In this document: positions 27,176 to 36,910 of the stretch, piece after piece | How the letters are laid out: the number at the start of each line of letters is the position of its first letter | Position numbering within the stretch: the first letter of the stretch is position 1 | Assembly (NCBI GenBank): GCA_963663235.2 | Contig: CAXXNO010000006.1 | Coordinates: 279,129 to 343,128 of the forward strand | From: Dehalococcoidia bacterium | Lineage (GTDB): Bacteria > Chloroflexota > Dehalococcoidia > Bin125 | Direction of reading: 5' to 3' | Length of the DNA stretch: 64,000 bases | Program-made: the position numbers and the translations under genes | The notes under the pieces: model-generated | The model's database searches: none | What the model was told of the DNA's origin: nothing | The model's input: only the letters and a program-made list of their open reading frames with translations

Positions 27176-30055
27176 TCAGCCGGCGCGCTGGGCCCTCACG
27201 ATCTCGGGCGTCGCGGCGAGCGCCTCATCGAGCCGCGAGGCATCTTTGCCGCCCGCCTGCGCCATCTCGGGCCGCCCTCCGCCACCGCCGCCGGTGCGGG
27301 CCGCGACCTCTTTAATCAACCGTCCCGCGTGCAATCCCGCCTGCACGAGATCATCGGAGACCATAGCCACGAACGTGGGGCGCTCCTTGGCGACTGCGCC
27401 CAAGACGATCACCCCGCTGCCGAGCCGGCGGCGGACCTCGTCGCCGGTCCGGCGCAGCGCATCGACCGAGGCGACATCGACGCGGCCCGCGACCACCTTG
27501 ACGCCATCGACGTCCTGCGCCTGCGCGAGCAATGTCTCGGCGGAGCCGACGCCAGCGCTGCGGTCGGCGGCGGCCAAACGGCGACGAGCGCCCTCCAACT
27601 CCTCCTGCAACGCCCGCAGACGTGCGGGGACATCCATCGCCGGGCTGCGCAACATCTCCGCCGCCTCGTTCAGAAGCTGCAAGCGATCGGCCTGCCAGGT
27701 CTCCGCGGCGGCGCCGGTGAGCGCTTCGATCCGCCGGACCCCCGCGCCCACGCCGCCCTCCGAGACGATCTGGAAGCTGCCGATAAAGCCGGTGGTGGGC
27801 GTGTGCGTCCCGCCGCAGAGCTCCTTGCTAAAGCAATCGTGGGTGGCGGGATCGGGATCGCAGATATGCACCACGCGCACGTCGGCGCCGTACTTCTCGC
27901 CGAAGATGGCGACCGCTCCCTCATCGATGGCGCGGTCATAGGGCATGAGGTCCACGCCGACAGGAACGACATCGCGGATGCGGGCGTTGACCAGGCGCTG
28001 CACGGCGCGGAGTTGTTCGGCGGCTGGTGGCTCCGACTGCGTGTAGTCGAAGCGGAGGTGATCCGGTGCGACGAGCGATCCAGCCTGGCGCACGTGTTCG
28101 CCCAAAACCTGACGCAGCGCCGCGTGCAGCAGATGCGTCGCGGTGTGGTTGCGCATGACGTCGTGACGGCGGTCGCGGTCGACTACGGCCTCGACGCTCT
28201 CGCCAACGGCCAGCGCACCGCGGATCACGCCGCCGACGTGCACGATCAGGTCACCGCGCGCTTGCGTATCGCGGATCTCCACTTCGCCGTTGGGGGCCAG
28301 CAAGCGGCCCGCATCGCCCACCTGGCCGCCGCCTTCCGGATAGAAGGGCGTGCGCTCCAGGATCACTTCCACGAGGTCGCCGCTCTGCGCCTGCGACGCC
28401 GCGCGGCCGTCCACGATCAGCGCCCGCACGACGTCGGCGTCGCGCGTGCGCTCATAGCCGAGAAACTCCGTGCGGCCGCCAATGGAAGTGTAGAGAGCGT
28501 CATCCGCCTGCATGCGGAACTCAGCAGCGGCACGGCCGCGCTGCTGCTGGCGGGCCATCTCCGCCTCGAAGCCGTCTTGGTCAAAGCCGAGGTTCGCTCG
28601 GGCGGCCACCTCACGAGTGAGCTCAGAAGGGAAACCGTACGTGTCGTAGAGCAGGAATGCTTCAGCGCCGGTGATCTCGCGCACGTGCAGGGACGCTCTG
28701 CCTAATTGATCCGAGGTGGGCTGCGGATCCGACTGCTTACCGATCTCGTGGAGGACCGCATCGATTGTTGTCCGCAGCAGCCGGATAGTCGCCGAGTCGG
28801 TCGTACCCGCGCGTGACGCGATGCCGTCGATATTCGCTCGCACCTCCCGGATCAGCGGGTCCACCGGAGCTTCGACGTGATCGGGGCGCCCAACGCCCTG
28901 GCGCGCCCGCTGGAGTTGCTGCGCGATGCTTCCCTTCAAGTCAATGGCGGCCTCCAGCATCCGGTGGCCGGTCTCCAGCGTGCGGCGGAAGCGCTCTTCT
29001 TCTTGAGCCAGGACGCCGTCTACGAGCGCCGCCTGCTCGCGCAGCTCGGGGTACGCGGGGGCCATATGCGCGCGCACCTTGCCGGCGACGTCGGCGAGGA
29101 GTGGCTCATCGATGCCGAGCGTGTGCGCCATGTACAGAGCCCGACGGATGAGCCGCCGCAGGACGTAGCCGCGGCCCTCATTGCCGGGCAGGACGCCATC
29201 GGCGATGAGGAAGGTGACGGCGCGGCCGTGCTCCGTAATGACGCGCAGGGCGCGCCGCTCCTCGGCGGCCGCGGCTTCGTAGTGGCGATCGCAGCGGCCG
29301 GCGACGTAGGCCAGGATGGGGGTAAAGAGATCCGTCTCGTAGAGGCTGCGCTTTTCCTGGAGGACCATGGCCCAGCGCTCCAGGCCGGCCCCGGTATCGA
29401 TGTTCTTCGCGGGCAGCGGGGTCTTGGTCCCATCCCGGCCGCGCAGGAATTGCATGAAGACCAGGTTCCAGATCTCCAGGTAGCGGCCGGTCTCGTCGCT
29501 GGGCTGCGACTCGCGGCCGTCATCGACCTCTGATCCGTAGTCGAAGTAGATCTCGGAGCAAGGGCCGCAGGGCCCGTCCTCGCCGGCGAACCAGTAGTTG
29601 CCCTCGGCTTCGCCGTAGCGGAAGATCTTGCTCTCGGGCACGCCGATCTTGCGCCAGATGTCGAAGGCCTCGTCGTCGTCGAGGTAAACGGTGGTCACCA
29701 GTCGCTCCGGCGGCAGGCCCAGCTCGCGGGTCACCAGCTCCCAGGCGAATGCCTGGGCATCCGCCTTGAAGTAATCGCCGAACGAAAAGTTGCCCATCAT
29801 CTCGAAGAACGTGAGATGGGAATCATCGCCGACCTCGTCCATGTCGGTGGTGCGAAAGCACTTTTGGATGGAGGTCAAGCGGCGGCTGGGCGGCTCCGCC
29901 TGTTCGAGGAAATACGGCTTGAACGGCACCATGCCCGCGCTGGTGAACAGTAACGTGGGATCGCCGGGGGCAACCAATGGGGCGCTGGCGACCCGGAGAT
30001 GATTCTTGTGGACGAAAAAGTCAGTGAAGCGTCGGCGGATTTCGCTGGCATCCAT
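27176..30055 (-). CDS. alaS: Alanine--tRNA ligase
   Basis: DPTLLFTSAGM, HLTFFEMMGNFS, LYDTYGFP, NHTATHLL, ELCGGTH, GGGGGR. Confidence 0.98.
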   Translation of the reverse strand: MDASEIRRRFTDFFVHKNHLRVASAPLVAPGDPTLLFTSAGMVPFKPYFLEQAEPPSRRLTSIQKCFRTTDMDEVGDDSHLTFFEMMGNFSFGDYFKADAQAFAWELVTRELGLPPERLVTTVYLDDDEAFDIWRKIGVPESKIFRYGEAEGNYWFAGEDGPCGPCSEIYFDYGSEVDDGRESQPSDETGRYLEIWNLVFMQFLRGRDGTKTPLPAKNIDTGAGLERWAMVLQEKRSLYETDLFTPILAYVAGRCDRHYEAAAAEERRALRVITEHGRAVTFLIADGVLPGNEGRGYVLRRLIRRALYMAHTLGIDEPLLADVAGKVRAHMAPAYPELREQAALVDGVLAQEEERFRRTLETGHRMLEAAIDLKGSIAQQLQRARQGVGRPDHVEAPVDPLIREVRANIDGIASRAGTTDSATIRLLRTTIDAVLHEIGKQSDPQPTSDQLGRASLHVREITGAEAFLLYDTYGFPSELTREVAARANLGFDQDGFEAEMARQQQRGRAAAEFRMQADDALYTSIGGRTEFLGYERTRDADVVRALIVDGRAASQAQSGDLVEVILERTPFYPEGGGQVGDAGRLLAPNGEVEIRDTQARGDLIVHVGGVIRGALAVGESVEAVVDRDRRHDVMRNHTATHLLHAALRQVLGEHVRQAGSLVAPDHLRFDYTQSEPPAAEQLRAVQRLVNARIRDVVPVGVDLMPYDRAIDEGAVAIFGEKYGADVRVVHICDPDPATHDCFSKELCGGTHTPTTGFIGSFQIVSEGGVGAGVRRIEALTGAAAETWQADRLQLLNEAAEMLRSPAMDVPARLRALQEELEGARRRLAAADRSAGVGSAETLLAQAQDVDGVKVVAGRVDVASVDALRRTGDEVRRRLGSGVIVLGAVAKERPTFVAMVSDDLVQAGLHAGRLIKEVAARTGGGGGGRPEMAQAGGKDASRLDEALAATPEIVRAQRAG

Positions 30056-30087
30056 TGAACAGAGCCAGTATAGGACGACGATCGAGG

Positions 30088-30117
30088 TTGACAGCGCGCG
30101 GGCGGAGTTCCTAGCGT
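30088..30117 (+). promoter_or_regulatory. Promoter TTGACA-N18-TAGCGT upstream of glmU
   Basis: Perfect -35 box in the alaS/glmU divergent gap. Confidence 0.55.
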
Positions 30118-30264
30118 GGAGAGGTCAAGACACGGCCCCCGGGATGGGCCGTCACCACAGGCGTTTGGACACTTCCGACCCTCCCAGTCCGTTCCCTTCT
30201 TCAGGCCCTGAAGCGTCGGCCGGCGGCAGGCCGCGCTGGGCGAGCCGCCTCTCGTCTGCAACGC

Positions 30265-31653
30265 ATGACAACTGACGCCCCCACACTCCGGGCGACCACC
30301 GCGGTGGTCCTGGCGGCAGGGGCGGGCACACGCATGCGCTCGTCCCACCCGAAGGTGCTGCACCCGATCTGCGGCCGACCGATGCTGCTGCACGTCCTGC
30401 ACGCCGTTCGCGAGGCGGGCGTGGAGCAGATCGTCGTGGTGACGGGACACGAGGAGGCGGCGGTCCGCGAACGCGTGGATGGATTCGTGTCCAACGGCGC
30501 CTCCGTGCGCTTTTCCTCGCAAGTAGAGCAGCGCGGTACGGGCCACGCCACGCTCCAGGCGCAGCGCGCCGTTCGCACGCCCAGGGCGCTGGTGGTCAAC
30601 GGAGACTTGGCCTTAATCACCGCCGAGCAGATCCGCGCCGTCCTGGCCGCGCCACCGGCGCGCGCCGTAGTCGCCACGGCCGAGGTGCCCGATCCCGCGG
30701 GGTTGGGCCGCATTGTCCGCGACGACGGAGGCGGGATCGCCACCATCGTGGAGGAGGCCGACGCCGACAGCGAGGCCGCGGCGATTCGCGAGGTGAACTT
30801 GGGCATCTATCGCTTCGACGCACCCTGGCTGTGGGCCACCCTGGAGTCCCTGCAAGCGAGCCCCAGCGGCGAGTTCTACCTGACCGACGCGGTCGCCATT
30901 GCGGCGCGGGGGGCGCGCGGGGCGCTGCCGGTGCGGACGTCCGCGCCCGAGGGACGGATCAACGTCGAGGACCGGCGCGATCTGGCGCGGGCGGAAGCGT
31001 GCATGCGGGATCGGATCCGGACACGCTGGCTGGAGGCCGGCGTCACCATGCGCGACCCCGCCAGTACCTACATCGACGCCGACGTAGAGATCGGCTGCGA
31101 CACGGTGCTGGAACCAGGCACCCACCTCCGGGGCGCGACCAAGCTGGGAGGGGACTGTCTCGCCGGGCCCAACAGCGTGATCCAGGACACGCAGACCGGT
31201 GACGGCTGCACGCTGGTCGGCTGCTCGATCGAGGAAGCCCGTCTCGGCGACCGGGTTCGCGTCGGACCGTACAGCACGATCCGCAGCGGCACAGTCCTAG
31301 ACGACGACGTCCACGTGGGCACGCACGCCGAGACCAAGAACGCGCACTTGCACCGAGGCGTGCAGATGGCCCATTTCGCGTACGTCGGTGACGCGGACGT
31401 GGGGGTGGAGACGAACATCGGCGCGGGGGCGATTACCTGCAACTTCGACGGGGTCGCGAAGCATCGCACGGTGATCGGAGAGCGGGTGTTCATCGGCAGC
31501 GACTCGTTGCTCATCGCACCGATCGAGATCGGAGACGGCGCCGTCACGGGCGCCGGCGCCGTGGTGAACCGCTCCGTGCCCGCGGGCGCACGAGTGCTGG
31601 GGCATCCGGCGAGGCAGGCGCGCGAGCGCGAGCGGGAGCGGGAGCAGCGATGA
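30265..31653 (+). CDS. glmU: Bifunctional UDP-GlcNAc pyrophosphorylase / glucosamine-1-P acetyltransferase
   Basis: LAAGAGTRMRS..PKVLH, GTGHA, EFYLTD, hexapeptide repeats, ITCNFDG. Confidence 0.96.
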   Translation: MTTDAPTLRATTAVVLAAGAGTRMRSSHPKVLHPICGRPMLLHVLHAVREAGVEQIVVVTGHEEAAVRERVDGFVSNGASVRFSSQVEQRGTGHATLQAQRAVRTPRALVVNGDLALITAEQIRAVLAAPPARAVVATAEVPDPAGLGRIVRDDGGGIATIVEEADADSEAAAIREVNLGIYRFDAPWLWATLESLQASPSGEFYLTDAVAIAARGARGALPVRTSAPEGRINVEDRRDLARAEACMRDRIRTRWLEAGVTMRDPASTYIDADVEIGCDTVLEPGTHLRGATKLGGDCLAGPNSVIQDTQTGDGCTLVGCSIEEARLGDRVRVGPYSTIRSGTVLDDDVHVGTHAETKNAHLHRGVQMAHFAYVGDADVGVETNIGAGAITCNFDGVAKHRTVIGERVFIGSDSLLIAPIEIGDGAVTGAGAVVNRSVPAGARVLGHPARQAREREREREQR

Positions 31654-32933
31654 GTGGTCCCTCGATCGCCGCGCTGGTGATCGTGATCGTCGCGTTCGTG
31701 CTGCTCATCTTGCAGGCGAGCGCCGAAGTCGGCGTGATCAGTGTCAGCCGCAGCCGCGCCCGCCTGCTCCTGGACCGCGATCCGGAGAACCCGCGGGCCC
31801 AGGGGCTGCAACGGGTGATTCAGAATCGCGAGCGGGCGCTGGGCTCGTTCGCGCTGGGGCGCAGCCTAGCGGTGGTGACCGGGCTGGCGGCGGCGCTGTA
31901 CCTAATCGTGCGGGAGTGGGGCTTCGACTGGGAGGCGGTGGTCGGCACCGCCGCGGTCGGGTTCGTCATCATCGCCCTCGCCCAAGGAGTGCCGCGGCGG
32001 CTGGCCGAAAGAAACCCGGAAGCGTTCGGCCTGCAGCTCGCTCCGACAATGCGGCGGCTGGAGGCGGTGTTCCGCATCCCCGCCGCGCTGTTCGAGGCGC
32101 CCGCTCTGCTGCTGCCGCGGCCTGAGCGGGCCAGCGGATCGGAGCCGGAGCCGCTCGAGATTCTGCTGGAGCGTGAAGAGGCCGGGGAGGGGATCGAGGC
32201 GGATGAGCGCCAGATGATCCGCGGCGTGATCGAAATCGGCGAGACAGCGGTGCGCGAGGAGATGGTGCCGCGGGCGGACATTGTGGCCGTCGACGTGGAA
32301 TCGGCGTTGTCGGCGGCGGCGCGGACGGCGGTGCAGAGCGGCGTCTCCCGGCTGCCCGTGATTGAGGGCGGCATCGACAACGTCGTGGGCATCCTGTACG
32401 CGAAGGACATCCTGGCCAAGCTCGTGGCGGAAGAGGACTGTCAGGTGCGTGAGTTGATGCGATCACCGCTGCTCGTGCCCGAGTCCAAACAGATTGACGA
32501 GATGCTGGCCGAGTTCCGACGCAGCCGCGTGCACATGGCGATCGTCCTGGATGAGTACGGCGGTACGGCGGGACTGATCACGATCGAGGATCTGCTGGAG
32601 GAGATCGTGGGTGAGATTGAGGACGAGTACGACCGGGGCGGCGACAGCGTCGTGGTGGTCTCAGAGCACGAAGCGATCCTGGATGGGGGCGTCTCCACGG
32701 ACCGACTGGACGAGCTATTCCACGTCAAAGTCGAGCCAGGCGACTTCGACACCGTGGCGGGCTTCGTTTTCGATCAGTTGGGGAAGATTCCGGTGATCGG
32801 CGACTGCGTTCGGGTGAACGGCCTGGACCTCTCCGTGGTGAGCATGAGCGGCCGGCGGATCACCAAGCTGCGGGCGCGTCAAGAGCCCGAGGGGGCCGAC
32901 GCATCCGATGGCAGCGATCGCTCGGGCGCATGA
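31650..32933 (+). CDS. Hemolysin-family CNNM/CBS/CorC protein
   Basis: TM region, MVPRADI, SRLPV, DEYGGTAGLITIEDLLEEIVGEIEDEYD, CorC_HlyC tail. Confidence 0.93.
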   Translation: MSGPSIAALVIVIVAFVLLILQASAEVGVISVSRSRARLLLDRDPENPRAQGLQRVIQNRERALGSFALGRSLAVVTGLAAALYLIVREWGFDWEAVVGTAAVGFVIIALAQGVPRRLAERNPEAFGLQLAPTMRRLEAVFRIPAALFEAPALLLPRPERASGSEPEPLEILLEREEAGEGIEADERQMIRGVIEIGETAVREEMVPRADIVAVDVESALSAAARTAVQSGVSRLPVIEGGIDNVVGILYAKDILAKLVAEEDCQVRELMRSPLLVPESKQIDEMLAEFRRSRVHMAIVLDEYGGTAGLITIEDLLEEIVGEIEDEYDRGGDSVVVVSEHEAILDGGVSTDRLDELFHVKVEPGDFDTVAGFVFDQLGKIPVIGDCVRVNGLDLSVVSMSGRRITKLRARQEPEGADASDGSDRSGA

Positions 32934-32952
32934 TATACGCTGCCCGCCAACG

Positions 32953-34041
32953 ATGACCGCGCCAGACCTCGCCTACCGCTTGGCCTTCGCCCGGGTACCC
33001 CGCATCGGCAGCCGCCGCGCGGAGCTGCTGGAGCGGCACTTTCCCAACTTGGCGGACGCCTGGAGCGCCGGCCGTGCGGACTTGCAAGCGGCGGGGCTCG
33101 ATGCGGCCACCATTCGATCGCTGCAACAGGTACGCGCCTCCGTCGAGCCGGAGACGGAATTGGAGCGCATGCACCAAGCGGGCGTCCAGGCGCTCAGCCG
33201 GCATGACCCCGCCTACCCGGCGCGGCTCCGCGAGATCGACGATCCGCCGCCCGTGCTGTTCATGCGGGGGACGATTGAGCCACGAGATGAGTGGTCCGTA
33301 GCCGTGGTCGGCACACGCCGCGTGACGCCGTACGGGCGGCAGATCACGGAGCAGTTCAGCCGCGATCTGGCCCATAATGGCATCACCGTCGTCAGCGGGC
33401 TGGCGCGCGGCGTCGACGGAATCGCGCACCAATCGGCCCTGGCCGCCGACGGCCGCAGCATCGGTGTCCTGCCCTGCGGGCTGGACACCGTGTACCCGCC
33501 GGAACACGCGGCGCTGGCGCGCCAACTGGCGGAGAACGGCGCGCTGGTTTCGGAGCAGCCGTTGGGCGTGCCGCCACGCGCCGACTATTTTCCGCGGCGC
33601 AACCGCATCCTCAGCGGACTGACGCTGGGCACGTTGGTGATCGAAGCGGGTGAAGGGTCGGGCGCGCTGCATACTGCCAACTGGGCGAATGCGCAGAACC
33701 GGGAAGTGTTCGCGTTGCCCGGCCGGATTACGTCACCGAGCAGCCACGGCACCAACGCGCTGATCCAACAAGGGATGGCGAAACTCGTCACCAACACGCG
33801 TGACATCCTGGAAGAGTTGAACCTCCAGATGGTGGAGCATCAGATCGAGCTGGCCAGCGTGCTGCCCGACGACCCCACGCAGGCCACGATCCTCCGGCAC
33901 CTGAGCGACGATCCCACACACATCGACGAGACGGTGCGTGCTGTGGGGCTGCCGACTTCGACCGTTACGAGCACGATGGCTATGCTCGAACTTAAGGGAT
34001 TGGTCCGACAAGTGGGACCGATGACGTATGTCCGCAAGTAA
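32953..34041 (+). CDS. dprA: DNA-processing protein DprA
   Basis: AVVGTR, VSGLARGVDG, FPRRNRILSGL, SGAL.TA, C-terminal winged helix. Confidence 0.96.
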   Translation: MTAPDLAYRLAFARVPRIGSRRAELLERHFPNLADAWSAGRADLQAAGLDAATIRSLQQVRASVEPETELERMHQAGVQALSRHDPAYPARLREIDDPPPVLFMRGTIEPRDEWSVAVVGTRRVTPYGRQITEQFSRDLAHNGITVVSGLARGVDGIAHQSALAADGRSIGVLPCGLDTVYPPEHAALARQLAENGALVSEQPLGVPPRADYFPRRNRILSGLTLGTLVIEAGEGSGALHTANWANAQNREVFALPGRITSPSSHGTNALIQQGMAKLVTNTRDILEELNLQMVEHQIELASVLPDDPTQATILRHLSDDPTHIDETVRAVGLPTSTVTSTMAMLELKGLVRQVGPMTYVRK

Positions 34042-36832
34042 ACGGAAATCCTCTCCAAGGCAGACGACGGCCCAGAAGAAGCGCCCGCGCAAACGGGCGA
34101 CACGCATGAAGCAAGGCCGCCGCCTGGTGATCGTGGAATCCCCAGCGAAGGCGGAGACGATCGGCCGGTTCCTGGGCGACGAATACTACGTCGACTCGTC
34201 CTACGGGCACGTGCGCGATCTGCCCCGCAGCGCCGATGAGCGACCCGACTCGCTCCGGGGGAAGTCGTGGGCGGATCTGGCGGTGGACGTGGAGCAGGAC
34301 TTCGAGCCCGTCTACATTGTGCCGGCCGAGAAGCAGCAGCATGTCGACCGGCTGAAGAAAGCGCTCCGTCAGGCGGACAAGCTTCTCTTGGCCACGGACG
34401 AAGACCGTGAGGGCGAGAGCATCAGCTGGCACCTGCTGGAGCTCCTGCGGCCAAACGTGCCGGTGGAGCGGATCGTCTTTCACGAAGTCACACCCGAGGC
34501 GATCAGCGAAGCGCTCGAATCGCCGCGGGAGGTCGACCGAAACCTTGTGGCGGCACAGGAGTCACGGCGCATCCTCGATCGGCTGTTCGGCTATAGCCTT
34601 TCTCCGGTGCTGTGGCGCAAAGTGCAGGCCGGCCTGTCAGCGGGGCGGGTGCAGAGCGTCGCCGTGCGTCTCCTGGTCCAGCGCGAACGTGAGCGCGCCG
34701 CCTTCCACCGCGCCCAATACTGGGACCTGGATGCGAGCGTCGAGGCGGCCGAGGGCCGCTGCGCCGCGACGCTGCGCCGCCTCGGTGACGCGCGCATACC
34801 GACGGGCCGTGACTTCGACTCGACCACCGGCGCACTCCAGAGCGATGGCGTCCGCGTGCTCAGCGAGGCGGAGTGCCGCGGCCTGATCCCGGCGCTGCGC
34901 ACGCAAGCGTGGACCGTGAGCCGAGTGGAAGCGTCGCCAGCGACGAAACGGCCGGCGGCTCCGTTTACCACCTCCACGCTGCAACAGGAGGCGAACCGGA
35001 AGTTGGGGTACGGCGCCAGCCGCACGATGCAGATCGCCCAGCGGCTTTACGAAGGCATTGACATGGGCGCCGAGCGTGAGGGGCTGATCACCTACATGCG
35101 CACCGACTCGGTGACGCTCTCCGAGCGGGCGATGGCGGAGGCGCAAACGGTGCTCCGCGAGCGCTTCGGCGCCGAGTTCGCCACCGGGTCCCGACGTTAC
35201 ACCACGAAGACGCGCAACGCGCAGGAGGCGCACGAGGCGATCCGGCCGACCCAACTGCAACGCGCGCCCTCGAGCCTGCGCAGCGCGCTCCCCCGCGACG
35301 CTCTGCGCCTCTACGAACTGATCTGGCAGCGCACGCTCGCCAGCCAGATGCCGGACGCGAAGCTGGAGCGCACGGTCATCGAGATCACGGCGCCGCTGGA
35401 CGAGGGGCCGGCCGTCTTCGAAGCCCGCGGCCGGCGCATCCTGTTCCCCGGCTACCTGCGAGCGTACGTCGAGGGCAGCGATGAACCGGGCGCCGAGAGC
35501 GACGACAGCGAGCAGCCCCTGCCAGCGCTCCAGGTTGGTGAAAGCGTGCGCCCGCTGACGCTGGACGCCAAACGGCACGAGACCCAGCCCCCCGCCCGCT
35601 ATACCGAAGCCAGCCTGGTCAAGAAGTTGGAGGAGGAAGGGCTGGGACGCCCCAGCACCTACGCCGCCATCATCGGAACGATCCAGGACCGAGGCTACGT
35701 GTTCCGTCTGGGCAACGCTCTGGCGCCCACGTTCCTCGCGTACGCGGTCACTCAACTACTGGAACGCCATTTCGGCGACTTGGTCGAGCCGCGCTTCACG
35801 GCCCAGATGGAAGACACGCTGGACGCCATCGCGCGGGGGGAGACGGACACGGTCACGCACCTGCGCCGCTTCTACCACGGCGACGACGGGGAGCCGGGCC
35901 TCGTGCCCCGGATCGACGCCGAGATCCCGACGATCGCCTTCCCGCTGCTGCCGGTGGGCGACGACCCCGAGAGCGGTCAGCCGATCGTGGTGCGGATCGG
36001 TCGCTTCGGGCCGTACCTCCAGCGCGGCAGCGGCGAGGACGCCGCCACGGCATCGCTCCCGCCGGAGCTGCCGCCGGCGGAGCTCACCCTAGACAAGGCG
36101 GCCGAGATGCTGGCGGCCAAGCTGGAAGGGCCGCGCGTGCTGGGCCATGACCCGGAGACAGGGCTCGAGGTGCTGCTGCAGACGGGGCGTTACGGTCCCT
36201 ATGTGCAGCTGGGCCCGATCCCGCCCGCAGCCAAGAAGGGCAAGGGCGCCAAGGGCAAGAGTCAGGAGCAGCCGCGTCGCGCGGCGGTGCCGTCGGGCAC
36301 GGAGATCGACACGGTGACCATCGAAGACGCGCTGATCTGGCTCTCGTTGCCGCGGACCTTGGGCGTCCACCCCGACAGCGGCGACGACGTGATCGCCGCG
36401 AGCGGACGGTATGGGCCCTATGTGCAGAGCGGCAAGGAGAGCCGATCGCTCGGGGACGAAGACGACGTCTACAGCATTGGGCTCGAGCGCGCCGTGGAAG
36501 TGCTAGCGCAGCCGAAGAGCGCCTCCTTCCGCCGGCGGGCCAGCAAGGTGCTGCGGGATCTGGGTCGACACCCGGAGAGCGCCGCTCCGCTCCGTGTCCT
36601 CGATGGCCCGTACGGACCGTACGTGAGCGACGGGAAGATCAACGCCAAGATCCCGCCGGGTCTCGATCCAGCCAGTCTGACCGTCGAGCAGGCGGTGGAG
36701 TTGATCGCGGAGAGGGCCGCCGCACCTCCGCGCCCCCGCCGCGGGTCCACTGGGAAGCGCGCCGCCGCGAAGCGGGGCGGGGCCCGCACGGGCCGCGCGC
36801 GCAAGACGAAGGCGAAGACGAAGAGCGCCTGA
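34028..36832 (+). CDS. topA: DNA topoisomerase I with C-terminal Topo_C repeats
   Basis: LVIVESPAKA, ATDEDREGE, SAGRVQS, ITYMRTDS, AQEAHEAIRPT, repeated GRYGPYV. The start could be the later ATG (MKQGRR). Confidence 0.97.
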   Translation: MSASKRKSSPRQTTAQKKRPRKRATRMKQGRRLVIVESPAKAETIGRFLGDEYYVDSSYGHVRDLPRSADERPDSLRGKSWADLAVDVEQDFEPVYIVPAEKQQHVDRLKKALRQADKLLLATDEDREGESISWHLLELLRPNVPVERIVFHEVTPEAISEALESPREVDRNLVAAQESRRILDRLFGYSLSPVLWRKVQAGLSAGRVQSVAVRLLVQRERERAAFHRAQYWDLDASVEAAEGRCAATLRRLGDARIPTGRDFDSTTGALQSDGVRVLSEAECRGLIPALRTQAWTVSRVEASPATKRPAAPFTTSTLQQEANRKLGYGASRTMQIAQRLYEGIDMGAEREGLITYMRTDSVTLSERAMAEAQTVLRERFGAEFATGSRRYTTKTRNAQEAHEAIRPTQLQRAPSSLRSALPRDALRLYELIWQRTLASQMPDAKLERTVIEITAPLDEGPAVFEARGRRILFPGYLRAYVEGSDEPGAESDDSEQPLPALQVGESVRPLTLDAKRHETQPPARYTEASLVKKLEEEGLGRPSTYAAIIGTIQDRGYVFRLGNALAPTFLAYAVTQLLERHFGDLVEPRFTAQMEDTLDAIARGETDTVTHLRRFYHGDDGEPGLVPRIDAEIPTIAFPLLPVGDDPESGQPIVVRIGRFGPYLQRGSGEDAATASLPPELPPAELTLDKAAEMLAAKLEGPRVLGHDPETGLEVLLQTGRYGPYVQLGPIPPAAKKGKGAKGKSQEQPRRAAVPSGTEIDTVTIEDALIWLSLPRTLGVHPDSGDDVIAASGRYGPYVQSGKESRSLGDEDDVYSIGLERAVEVLAQPKSASFRRRASKVLRDLGRHPESAAPLRVLDGPYGPYVSDGKINAKIPPGLDPASLTVEQAVELIAERAAAPPRPRRGSTGKRAAAKRGGARTGRARKTKAKTKSA

Positions 36833-36910
36833 CGCCGGCTTGCGCGCAGGCGGCAGCCCCCTACAGTGTTCGCGCCGTGGCGGTAGCGGGTGGTCCTTTA
36901 AGGGGCACAG

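Noticed and set aside
30140-30190. tRNA-Gln remnant upstream of glmU
   Set aside because: TGGG...CCCAG ends are suggestive, but no D-loop, T-loop (GTTCGA) or cloverleaf can be built.
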